This document shows, in pieces, positions 28,928 through 38,800 of a stretch of DNA of 54,227 bases; within the stretch, counting starts at the first letter, position 1, and each line of letters begins with the position of its first letter. Where the stretch lies: NCBI GenBank assembly GCA_039201055.1, contig JBCCRW010000001.1:1-54227 (forward strand), in the 5' to 3' direction. The translations under genes were made by a program, and so were the position numbers. The DNA comes from Planctomycetota bacterium. GTDB lineage: Bacteria > Planctomycetota > Planctomycetia > Pirellulales > Pirellulaceae. The notes beneath the pieces are model-generated. The model saw nothing but the letters and a program-made list of their open reading frames with translations. It did no database searches and was not told the DNA's origin.

Positions 28928-30394
28928 CTAGTCGATCAAGTTCGCTTGGTCTTGCAATGTTTCTTCGTCTTCGGTGACACGCAGCACGTCGCCGCGTTCG
29001 TTGCTCAAATCTCCCTCGGCCTTCGAAAATGTCGATTCATGCGGTGCGGCGCGTTGCGGACGCTCGGCCGGCGGCTGGCCGTTGCCAGCGTCCGAGTGCA
29101 TGGGGTTGCCGGTTTGCTTTCCCGGTTCCGCCAAGACCCGCACCGGTACGCCCTGAGGAAACACCAACTCCCGCGCCTCATCCGGCATGCTGATCCCGGC
29201 ATTCATCAATGCCTCCTTGGCCATCCGAATCACGTTGCTGCCCACCTTCAAACCGGAATGCTGATGTTGATCAATCCAGTACATGCACCGGAGATTGACC
29301 GTCGACGAACCCAGGGAATCGACCAGCACCAGCGGCGCGGGGTCGGACTTCACCGCGGCGTTATCGGCAAACACCCGCATCAAGATTTCCTGGGCGTCGG
29401 AGACGGCCGCGTCGAAACCGATCCCCACCGTGAATTGCAAACGCAACGCCGGCGTGGCGGTAAAGTTGGTCACCTTGTTTTTGTAAACGGTGCTGTTGGG
29501 AATTTGGATCTGATTCCCCTCCAGCGTGTTCAGTACCGTGCCACGTGTGGTGACTTTGCGAACAAATCCGGTCGCCCCATCCACTTCAATCAAGTCGCCA
29601 ACGCGGAAGGGATGATTCAGCGAAATTAAAATGCTAGCCAGGTAATTTTCGGCGATATCGCGAAAGGCGAAACCGAGTGCCAAACCGATCAGGCCGGTAC
29701 CGCCCAGCAGTGTCACGGCGAGCCGCGTTAATCCGGACACTCGCAGCGCGACATAAAAGCCGATGATGAAAATCAGCACCGCGATCGCATTGCCCACAAC
29801 CTGACTGAGCAGCCGACTTTCCATTCTTGATGCGGCGATGCGGGTGGCCAAACGTCGTCCCACGCGAGCGGCCAGGAATGCGAGCACGGTCATCACGATC
29901 GCGACCAGGATCAGCGGCATCAGCCCCGTCGTCTCGCGGGCCAGTTGCTTCATCGATGCCCAGGCAGGGGCAAAATTCCAAACCGGCGGATCATCGACTC
30001 GAATCCGGTTGACCACCGCGGCCACGTTACCCGTACGGATTGCGGTCGCCTCGGCCCACTCGCGATGTTCCTGTCGCTTGGCAACGCCCGACAGGAAAAC
30101 AACGCCCCGATCGACACGGACCTCACTTCTTTCAAACCAACCGGTGGCCTCGAAAATATCGCGAAGACGTTGTGCGATGCGGTCGTCCTGATTGACCGGG
30201 CTGACATCCACCTTGGATGCCACCTCCGGTTTGACGGCGGATTCGGATTTCCCGTCCGTGACACCCGCGGTGATGTCGTCGGCGGTCGGGGGTTCGTCCG
30301 CCCGCGTGGGGTGATGAACCAGGCATAACGTCCCGACGATCAAGCAGGCCGCCAAAAACCGACGCGCCCGCAGGGAACCCTTCAAGCCCTCCAA
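28928..30394 (-). CDS. Small-conductance mechanosensitive channel (MscS family) with N-terminal BON domain
   Basis: BON: VRVDRGVVFLSG...VAAVVNRI. MscS: GLALGFAFRDIAENYLAS, PFRVGDLIEV, IPNSTVY. Confidence 0.9.
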   Translation of the reverse strand: MEGLKGSLRARRFLAACLIVGTLCLVHHPTRADEPPTADDITAGVTDGKSESAVKPEVASKVDVSPVNQDDRIAQRLRDIFEATGWFERSEVRVDRGVVFLSGVAKRQEHREWAEATAIRTGNVAAVVNRIRVDDPPVWNFAPAWASMKQLARETTGLMPLILVAIVMTVLAFLAARVGRRLATRIAASRMESRLLSQVVGNAIAVLIFIIGFYVALRVSGLTRLAVTLLGGTGLIGLALGFAFRDIAENYLASILISLNHPFRVGDLIEVDGATGFVRKVTTRGTVLNTLEGNQIQIPNSTVYKNKVTNFTATPALRLQFTVGIGFDAAVSDAQEILMRVFADNAAVKSDPAPLVLVDSLGSSTVNLRCMYWIDQHQHSGLKVGSNVIRMAKEALMNAGISMPDEARELVFPQGVPVRVLAEPGKQTGNPMHSDAGNGQPPAERPQRAAPHESTFSKAEGDLSNERGDVLRVTEDEETLQDQANLID

Positions 30395-31203
30395 GATAGC
30401 ATCCCGTTGTGCAGGTCAATTCGATCGACAAGCGACTGGGCGACCTTTAGCGAAGGCCCCAAGTACGGTCCCACCTCCATGCCGACCGCGGGGTAGCGCG
30501 CGGCAACTTCGGCGGATTGCTTGATGATCGCTTCGTACAACCTGCCGTTGAACAACAAATGCGCATGAATGCGAATGGAGGTCAATCCGGATGCGGCCAT
30601 TTCGGCCAGCACATCCGGCAAGCGGGGCTGAGCCATGGCATAAAAACTGGTCCGCACATCGGCAAATTTTGTGCGATGACGGATCAATTCACTCAGCACC
30701 AGCATGTCGGTCCGGGCACACGGATCGTGGCTGCCGCGCCCAACCATCAGCAAGCCCGCTTCTTCAGTTGGGCCCATCTGTTTCCGGGTATTCGAAACGA
30801 TGGTTCCGCGTTGCCCGAGTCGTTCGAGAACGCATTCGACCAGCGAACGCGAACGCGACAACGGCTTGGTGAACGAAAATTCGATCTGCGGCGTCTCCGC
30901 CGAAACCGCCCGAATCTCAGAGGGAATATCGCTCTTCGCGTGACCGGCGGCAAACAGCAACAGCGGCGTCACGGCGATGCGGCGGACGCCGCGATCGACC
31001 AACATTCGCCAGGCATCGGCAATGTTGGGCGTTTGAAATTCCAAAAACGACGCTTGCACCGGAGCCGGTACACACTGCTCAAGAAGCGTCGCCTGGCGCA
31101 AAAATTCGTTCGTGCCCCGCGGGTCACGCGTGCCGTGACCGATCAGCAACACGCCGGTTTCCGCGTCCAAGCACGACTTCGATAAGGCTTCCGTGGCGAT
31201 CAA
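30382..31203 (-). CDS. Sirohydrochlorin chelatase (CbiX/SirB family)
   Basis: LLIGHGTRD, SFLEFQTP, PLLLFAAGHAKSDIP, second half GRGSHDP and HLLFNG; no His-rich/Fe-S tail seen. Confidence 0.88.
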   Translation of the reverse strand: MIATEALSKSCLDAETGVLLIGHGTRDPRGTNEFLRQATLLEQCVPAPVQASFLEFQTPNIADAWRMLVDRGVRRIAVTPLLLFAAGHAKSDIPSEIRAVSAETPQIEFSFTKPLSRSRSLVECVLERLGQRGTIVSNTRKQMGPTEEAGLLMVGRGSHDPCARTDMLVLSELIRHRTKFADVRTSFYAMAQPRLPDVLAEMAASGLTSIRIHAHLLFNGRLYEAIIKQSAEVAARYPAVGMEVGPYLGPSLKVAQSLVDRIDLHNGMLSWRA

Positions 31204-31595
31204 CCGTCTTCGCTGGCGACCGAGGAGTCTGGGAAACCGGCCTTGGTCAGCGTGGCGATCGCGGCTGCCGGATCAAAACCCTTTTTGTAGGTCACCACGA
31301 CGGCACGGCGAGTCAGCACCATCTCGTCTTCCTGGGGCACGAGTGCGACCGATTCGACCTCGGGGCTTCCCTCCAAGGCCTTTTTAACCTTTGGAAAACA
31401 AGCGAATTGGCAGTGCATTTTGGGCACATCCAAAGTCATTTCGCCATCAGTGCTAACCGGTGTCAAAGCCAAATCCGCACTGGCGGCCTGAGGCGTGGAA
31501 GCCTGGTCATCGTCGGAGTCCGAGGGCCAGATTGCGACCGTGAAGGCGGCAACAAAAGCGGCAACGAAGGCCGCAAGAATGGGAGCTTTTTTCAT
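31200..31595 (-). CDS. Exported/anchored heavy-metal-associated (HMA) domain protein
   Basis: Hydrophobic leader; LDVPKMHCQFACFPKVKKALEG...AIATLTKAGF HMA-like pattern with CxxxC. Confidence 0.8.
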   Translation of the reverse strand: MKKAPILAAFVAAFVAAFTVAIWPSDSDDDQASTPQAASADLALTPVSTDGEMTLDVPKMHCQFACFPKVKKALEGSPEVESVALVPQEDEMVLTRRAVVVTYKKGFDPAAAIATLTKAGFPDSSVASEDG

Positions 31596-31775
31596 GGGAA
31601 TTCAAATTCTACGAGTCGGAAAAAAATGAGCTGGGCTCGATTATACGCTCGCTGGCCACACGTCATCGAGGGTCTTCGAATTCGAGGGGCCCTAAATTCA
31701 CGAAATGATTCAAACGAAAATCCGCGAATTCAATTTCCAGTGTGCGGATGCGGACGCTGGCGTCGCCTATACCCA

Positions 31776-31900
31776 GCGGGTGGCGAGGCACTAGCCGCCG
31801 GTATCCCGTCCCAGTGAACGGCGAAACGTCAGCCGCCCGTTACAGTGAGCGCCGAAACGCCAGCCGTCGGTATCCCGTCCCAGTGGACGGCGAGCGTTCG
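31776..31900. repeat. Cluster of degenerate 27-bp family-C units with a duplicated spacer
   Basis: Units at 31776-31802, 31814-31840 and 31845-31871; GGTATCCCGTCCCAGTG occurs twice. Confidence 0.75.
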
Positions 31901-31996
31901 TGCCACCTCCGGCTCATTGCCGTAATGCCTGCGGCATCGATTTCAACATCCTCTAACCTTTTCACCATCGCACTCCACGAGGCCCATTTTCAACCG

Positions 31997-34165
31997 ATGC
32001 CGCAGCCAACGCCTCGACCTGGTTTTCGCGTGATGCCTTGGCTGCGGCTCACGATCGCGTTGACCTGCGTCGTGTGCGGATCGGAGTTGGCCCTGCACAT
32101 CGGGTCCCATTGGACACTCGGCCAAGCGGTGCTGGATGCCCCGCCCGGCAAGCCGCCGTCGGTGTGCTATTTCAGCCGCGATCAAAAAAGCGTGACCCTA
32201 CTGGGATTGGAAAACGGTCGGCTGCACACGCAAGCGTTACCGGATGGCTACGTGCGACACTTCGAATTCCCCGGACGTGAACTGCTGCTTCTGTGCGTGC
32301 GGCCATCGCCTCAACCGGATCACTTCGATTGTTCAATCGTCAATCTGCGCGGCGAAGCTCGCTCGAAGTCGTTCCGCGAGGATCGGGTGCACACCGACCT
32401 GCTGAAGAATGCGTGGAGACGCGTTGGCGACCAGGAGTTTGCGGCCGTCGCCAATGCCCGCCACGTTCGCAACGACTCGCAGACGCTGTACTGGTTCATC
32501 AAAGACGGCAAGGTTCATCGCGGCGAGGTGTCGATCGATTCTTCCGCCGGCGATTTCGTGGGCGAATTAACAGCCCTCGGTTTCAGGTGGGCCTACGACC
32601 CCAATCGCCATCTGCTGGTGATCGACGCGATTTGGGATCCCGTGCGCACAAATGCAATGCGAGGAAAACCCGGCGTCGTCCGTGGACTGGTCGCGGTCGA
32701 TGTCACACTGGACCGCGGCGAGTCGAAATTTCGCCAGCGATGGCTTCGTGAATTCCCGCAAAGCTTCGCGTCTAAGTTCGCCGTGAACGGTTCGCTATTC
32801 GCCTCGGAAGGTGGGGGATTGATCGCCGAGCGGCTTAGCTTGGATGACGGTTCGATCGAAGAGGTTTACCGGTGGTGGGAGCGGGACGCGGATTTAGAAA
32901 ACTACTTTTTGGCAATGCAAATCGCGGAAGAAATCTGGCGGGGGAGGCACAGCCTCATCACCAACCTCGGTACCAATGATGCACCCGTTTCTTGGATGCG
33001 ATTTCGCGGCGAGCAAAGCTATCAGCGGAACGCCCCCGCGCTTGCCTACTTGGACGGTCACGGCCTGTCGCGAATTCGCGATGTCATGTTCATGACGGAC
33101 CTGAACGATGGTCAACAGCATTGGCGATACGAAGCACCGGTGAGTCGATACAATTTCGATCCGCTGGTTGGCATTTTGCCAAGTCGGAAGATCGTGCTCG
33201 AGGACGATCGCTTCGGGAAAACGGTAATGCTATTGGATTGGGACACCGGCTTGGTGGATCGCCAACTTCAACCCTTTCGCAATGCCGTCTTCGCACTCAT
33301 CGGTGTCGTGCTGGTCGCGGCGATGCTGTTGCTGTGGATGATCTTCGAAAACTCGCCGGTCTCCAATGCGGACTTCGCCAGCGTTTCACTGCTGCTGCTG
33401 GGGATTGTGGGCGTTCCGCTGGGCTTCGCGCTGTCCAGCGAGTCGGTTTTTGTCATTCGAAACTTCATCACCTTGATTCCCGAATCGATCTTGGTCGCCT
33501 TGGCGATTCCCTCGACGGTGAATTTTTTTCTGGGCGACCAAAGACTGGGCCGACGCATCTTTCCGCTAATTTGCGTTGCCGGCGTGCTGGCGGCTTGGTC
33601 GCGATTGACACGCGGCGGACTACCGGAAGTGTTTTGGGGCGCATTGTTGCCGATGATCCTGGGCACCGGATTGCTCGCGATGCCGCTGGGCGTTTTATCG
33701 TGGTTTGGCATTCGGATGCACCGTGGCAACCCGGACGATCCGCTTGCCGCACGCCGACTGGACTGGAGTCTTCGAGACTTGGTGATCCTGGTCGCGGTAT
33801 CGGCGGTGCTGCTGGCAATCTCCCGCGATCACATCAGCGCACCGATGACCGTCGACGAATTTCGGATGATTTCATGGCAGCATTTTCTGTGGCCGCTGTG
33901 TGCTTTGGTGTACTTGATTGCTGCTGGCCGTTGCGGATGGCCACTCCGGTGCATTCTTTGGATCGGATGGATGGTGCCGCTGGGCTACGTGATCCACGTG
34001 GGTTATGCCCGCTTTGCCGCCGAAGGTCACGTCCGCTACATGGACGCGGATGATTACGCGATCGTGTCCTTGCTGGTGACCGCGCTGGCCGCCTGCCTGG
34101 CCGGAGGGCTGCAGCGCCGCCTGGGATTTCGATTCCAGCGAACGGTGATCGCCCCTGAAACTTAG
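31997..34165 (+). CDS. Hypothetical polytopic membrane protein with a large soluble N-terminal domain
   Basis: Long ORF; N-terminal TM, about 400-aa beta-rich region, then roughly nine hydrophobic helices. Start estimated at ATG 31997. Confidence 0.75.
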   Translation: MPQPTPRPGFRVMPWLRLTIALTCVVCGSELALHIGSHWTLGQAVLDAPPGKPPSVCYFSRDQKSVTLLGLENGRLHTQALPDGYVRHFEFPGRELLLLCVRPSPQPDHFDCSIVNLRGEARSKSFREDRVHTDLLKNAWRRVGDQEFAAVANARHVRNDSQTLYWFIKDGKVHRGEVSIDSSAGDFVGELTALGFRWAYDPNRHLLVIDAIWDPVRTNAMRGKPGVVRGLVAVDVTLDRGESKFRQRWLREFPQSFASKFAVNGSLFASEGGGLIAERLSLDDGSIEEVYRWWERDADLENYFLAMQIAEEIWRGRHSLITNLGTNDAPVSWMRFRGEQSYQRNAPALAYLDGHGLSRIRDVMFMTDLNDGQQHWRYEAPVSRYNFDPLVGILPSRKIVLEDDRFGKTVMLLDWDTGLVDRQLQPFRNAVFALIGVVLVAAMLLLWMIFENSPVSNADFASVSLLLLGIVGVPLGFALSSESVFVIRNFITLIPESILVALAIPSTVNFFLGDQRLGRRIFPLICVAGVLAAWSRLTRGGLPEVFWGALLPMILGTGLLAMPLGVLSWFGIRMHRGNPDDPLAARRLDWSLRDLVILVAVSAVLLAISRDHISAPMTVDEFRMISWQHFLWPLCALVYLIAAGRCGWPLRCILWIGWMVPLGYVIHVGYARFAAEGHVRYMDADDYAIVSLLVTALAACLAGGLQRRLGFRFQRTVIAPET

Positions 34166-35373
34166 TGCCGTCGGACTTTCGCAATCAACATCGTCGCGAT
34201 CGTAATCAACACGAAATTGCCGATCCACACGGCCTGGGGCGGCATGTGACCATCCTTGGCTTGTTCCAAACCGAACATGAACAGTGGGTAATAGACGATC
34301 AGCGTGGGCAGAAAGCACAGCCCAAATGTGGTCCAACTGTCGCCCGAGCGAACCAGCATGGCCAACGGCGCGCCAACCAGCACAAACGCGAAGCATGAAA
34401 AGCCTTCGGCCCAACGTCGCCAAGGAACGATGTGTAACCGTCGCAGCCGCTTGCGAGCGTTGTGCAGCTGCGTCGCGTGCGTGCGTCCCACGCCCCCGCA
34501 AATGTCCTCCGGCCGCGCCGAAAGGATGGCAAGTCCCGTCCGCACCGCCACCACCCCGACGCTGGACTGAATCGCGCGTTCCTGTCGGATCGATTCGCTG
34601 CTGACCAAACGCAAAGGCAATTCGCTGGGCGAGACCCGTGACGGATCGTTGCGTCGGAGCGACCCCAGGGGAATGGGAAACGTCGTTTCACCTCCCATGG
34701 TGACTTCCAAGGTTCCATCACCCTCGACGTGGCTGTCCACCACCCTTAACAGCAACTGCTCTTGATCCGGGTCAAGCGTCAATTCGCCCTCCCGCGCGGT
34801 CAATTGAATGTTGCCCCGACTGCCCTCGATGGTGACCGTCGGATGAATCAAGCGTTTGCCCTGGATGTCGCGGACATGGATCGAAAAGCCATGGTCGGAC
34901 GTATACGAGTGCTGATTGTCCAGAACGCGGTAGGCGATATCCGTGATCGACAGCAGCACGACTCGATTGACGCCCGGGCGGCCCCACGAAACCGCCAAGT
35001 CCGATACGAACACGGCCACGGGACTTAGCAGCGTCGCAAAGACGAGCGCGGGTACCAACGCCCGCAGTGGGGAAATTCCCGAAGCCTTGAGCGTCGCGAT
35101 TTCGCCATCGGCGGCCATCCGGCCATAAACACTGCAAACCGAAAACAGTGCCGTCGCCGGAAAAGCAAATTGCAACGAGAGCGGTAACACGAATGGCAAT
35201 AATTGCACCACCGCCACCACACCCAGCCCTTGCCGCACCAATTCGCGGCCAACGCCAATCACCAGGATCAATGCGGTCAGCACGATCAGCGAGACCACAA
35301 AGATCTTCAGGATCTCGGCCAGGATGTAGCGTGAAAGGCGGGTGGGCACGGCAGTTTGGATGGGCGTGAACAA
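34162..35373 (-). CDS. LptF/LptG (YjgP/YjgQ) family permease
   Basis: RLSRYILAEILKIF, YGRMAADGEIATLKASGISP, periplasmic beta region, FSCFAFVLVGAPLA, AVWIGN. Confidence 0.9.
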   Translation of the reverse strand: MFTPIQTAVPTRLSRYILAEILKIFVVSLIVLTALILVIGVGRELVRQGLGVVAVVQLLPFVLPLSLQFAFPATALFSVCSVYGRMAADGEIATLKASGISPLRALVPALVFATLLSPVAVFVSDLAVSWGRPGVNRVVLLSITDIAYRVLDNQHSYTSDHGFSIHVRDIQGKRLIHPTVTIEGSRGNIQLTAREGELTLDPDQEQLLLRVVDSHVEGDGTLEVTMGGETTFPIPLGSLRRNDPSRVSPSELPLRLVSSESIRQERAIQSSVGVVAVRTGLAILSARPEDICGGVGRTHATQLHNARKRLRRLHIVPWRRWAEGFSCFAFVLVGAPLAMLVRSGDSWTTFGLCFLPTLIVYYPLFMFGLEQAKDGHMPPQAVWIGNFVLITIATMLIAKVRRH

Positions 35374-35462
35374 TCAGCAGCTCGCGTGTCCGCGGCAAAT
35401 CCCACGATGGCGACCAGCGTGCTGCTGAAAGGACGTCAGAAATTCATCACGTCGGGGTTGAG

Positions 35463-35520
35463 GTTGCCATGGTTCGCCAGAAAGGGAATCGCCCGGTGTT
35501 TCCGGCTTCTGGCGATGGCA
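35463..35520. repeat. Degenerate REP-like doublet, family A
   Basis: GGTTCGCCAGAAAGG facing CCGGCTTCTGGCGATGG. Confidence 0.5.
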
Positions 35521-35629
35521 TTGGATCGCGGACGCAGCCCTAGGCGTAGCAAAACGGCTTTCCATGGAAGTAGGGCAAATCGCCGTTTCGCGATCAAAAC
35601 GGCGTGAAACCGGATGTGAAACCAATTTC

Positions 35630-35702
35630 GTAGCCGTTCTTCGCCAAAGTAGCACGCCTCTCCGAGGCGTTTCTTTGTCTTCGCCTCGGAGAGGCGAGCT
35701 AC
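35630..35702. repeat. Family-A unit abutting a REP-like doublet of family B (GTAGCTCGCCTCTCCGAGGCG)
   Basis: GTAGCCGTTCTTCGCCAAA (35630-35648), GTAGCACGCCTCTCCGAGGCG (35649-35669) and inverted CGCCTCGGAGAGGCGAGCTAC (35682-35702). Each B unit has an internal CGCCTC-N3-GAGGCG hairpin. Confidence 0.85.
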
Positions 35703-35895
35703 TCTGAGCCGAGCGACGACAGGAATGGGCGACTGGATGCCGTACCAAACTTACCACCGGCCAATTGCTGTGATGCCTTCGGCACCGGAAACCGACGGCT
35801 AGTTCCTCGTCGCTCACACTTGAATCGAGGGCATCGATTCAATCGACAGGTCGGTCAGCCAACGGGTCTTGAAAGACTTATCGCTCCAGCTCGCT

Positions 35896-38800
35896 TTATA
35901 ATTCGCCTCGGAGAGGCGAGCTACTTTGAGGCGGTGACGGTTGCCGCGCGAAACGCCGGAGCACAACATAGAACACAGGCGTCAAAAACAGGCCGAATAG
36001 CGTCACGCCCAACATGCCGCTAAAGACGGCCGTGCCGAGTGCTTGTCGCATCTCGCTGCCCGCTCCCGTGGCGACCAGCAGCGGGATCACACCCAGGATG
36101 AATGAAAACGCGGTCATCAAGATCGGTCGCAATCGCAATCGACACGCTTCCACGGCCGCGTCAAAACGGTTTCGCCCCGCCTCCTCTTCCGCCTTAGCGA
36201 ATTCGACAATCAGGATCGCGTTCTTGCAGGCCAAACCGACCAGGACAACAAAGCCGATCTGGACCAGGATGTTATTGTCCAGCCCGCGCAACCAAACCCC
36301 CGCGATCGCGCACAACAAACACATCGGTACGATCAGAATCACCGCCAGCGGCAACAACCAACTTTCGTATTGTGCGGCCAACGCCAAGAACACAAACAAC
36401 ACGCATAACGGAAAGATATAGATGGCCGTGTTTCCCGCGGCTTTTTGCTGGTAAGCGATATCGGTCCATTCGTACCCGAATCCGGGCGGCAAGGTTTCAT
36501 CGGCAACGCGTTCCATCGCGGCGATCGCTTGGGCCGAATTGAACCCCGGCAAGGTATCGCCGTTGATGTCCGCACTGGGAAACAGGTTGTAACGAACCAC
36601 GCGGTCGGCGGCGGTCGTTTCACGCATGGTGACGACACTGCCCAGCGGCACGATCGCGCCGTTGTTGCTGCGCGTTCGAAGCCGGGCGATGTCCTCGCGT
36701 TCGTCGCGATACTGCGTGTCGGCTTGCGCGGTGACCCGGTACGTTCGACCCAAAAAGTTAAAGTCGTTGACGTAGGCCGAACCCAGATAAATTTGCAGCG
36801 CTTCGAAAACGTTGTTGATGGGCACATCCAACATGCGCACCTTGGTGCGGTCGATGTCGGCGTAATACTGCGGTGTGCCGATCGAATAGTTTGAAAACAC
36901 CTGCACCAAGCCGGGTTCTTGGCGGGCTTTGTCGATGACCGCCTGCGTGGCGGCTTGCAAAGCAACCGGCCCGGCGCCGGATTGATCCTGGACCTGCAAT
37001 TTAAAGCCACCACCGGTTCCAATGCCTCGCACCGGAGGTGGCGGAATCACAAACACCACGGCATCCTCGACGCCCGAAACGCGCTTGCGCAGTTCCGCCA
37101 AAACGGCATCGACGCCCAAGCCTTCTTCCGCACGTTTTTTGGGATCGTCAAGCACGGGAAAAATCGCGGCCGCGTTGGAACTGTTGGCTCGCGTCGCCCC
37201 CGAAAAACCCACAAACGAAACCGCATTGGTAATGCCCGGGGTGCCGATCGCGATGTCGGTCACGCGCCGCGTCACATCGTCGGTACGATCCAGATTTGCA
37301 CCGGGCGGCAATTGGATCGCGATGATCAGATAGCCCTGGTCCTGGGCGGGGATGAATCCGCCGGGCACCTTGGTGAAACCAAACCAGGTCGCGCCCAGCA
37401 AACCGACGTAGCCCAACAGCATCACAAAGCTGACCCGCAGGACACGGGACACCGTGCGTGCGTACACATCGCTGGCGACGTCAAAGGTTTTGTTGAACAG
37501 CCGAAACGGAAGTCCCAGAGTATTGTCGATCAATCGCCCCATGCGACCTTTGACGCTGCGTTTTGGACGCAACAATAGCGCACACAACGCCGGCGTCAAC
37601 GTCAATGAAACGAAGGTCGAAATCATCGTGGACACCGCAATCGTAATCGCGAACTGACGATAGAATTGACCGCTGATTCCGGCGACAAACGCGGTGGGTA
37701 CAAACACCGCGATCAACACCAAGGTGGTCGCGATTAAGGCCGTGCCGACTTCATCCATCGCGCGGCGAGTCGCTTCCCGCGGCTTCATGCCCTGGGCAAT
37801 TAGGCGTTCGACGGTTTCCACCACCACGATCGCATCGTCGACCACAATGCCGATCGCCAGCACCAGACCGAACAATGACAAATTGTTCAAACTGAATCCG
37901 ATCGCCAACATGATCGCGAACGTTCCGATCAACGAAATCGGGATCGCGATGACCGGGACAATCGTGCTTCGCCAATTTTGCAGAAACACGAACACCGTCA
38001 GCACGACCAGCAAGCCGGCTTGCCACAGCGTCGTAAATACTTCATCGATCGACTCGGCCACAAACGCCGTCGGGTTGTAGACGACCCGGTAATCCAGTCC
38101 CGGAGGAAATCGCTGTTTCAATTCCTCCATGGTCGCTTCGATCCGCTCGGCCGCCGCGATCGCGTTGCTGCCGGGTCGTTGAAACATCGCCAGCGCGACG
38201 GCGTTTTTGTCCTTTAGATAGCTGCGGACACTGTAATCAGTCGCGCCCAGTTCGATCCTCGCGACGTCGTCCAAACGCACCAAACGGCCATCGTCGCCGG
38301 ATTTCAAAATGATGTTGCCAAATTCCTCCGGTGTTTGCAGTCGTCCGAGCGTGTTGACGTTGATTTGAAACGCTTCCTTGTTGTTGGGCACGGGTTGTTG
38401 CCCGATGACTCCCGCGGCGACCTGCACGTTTTGGCTACGCATCGCCGCGACCGCGTCACCGGGTGTCAGGTCCAGCGCGGCCAGTCGTTCGACGTCCAAC
38501 CACACCCGCATCGAATATTCGGTGCCGCCAAAAACTTGGATATCGCCAACGCCGTCCAGACGGGCCAACACATCCTTGATCCGTAAAAAACCGTAATTGC
38601 CGATGTACAACTGGTCGCGTGAATCGTCCGGTGAAAACAGGTGAATCACCATCATCAAGTCCGGCGAACTCTTGCGAGTCGTCACACCAATTTGGCGGAC
38701 CTCGGCGGGCAACTTGGGCTCGGCGATCGAAACGCGATTTTGAACCAACACCTGGGCTTCATCGACGTCGGTGCCCAATTGAAACGAGAGCGTGATCATC

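Noticed and set aside
31596-31740. Several GAATTC/AATTC motifs in an AT-rich intergenic region
   Set aside because: No regular spacing or longer consensus; insufficient to call operator sites.
32992-34053. 353-aa same-strand alternative-frame ORF
   Set aside because: Nested in the membrane protein gene, Arg-rich and motif-free, typical of high-GC off-frame ORFs.
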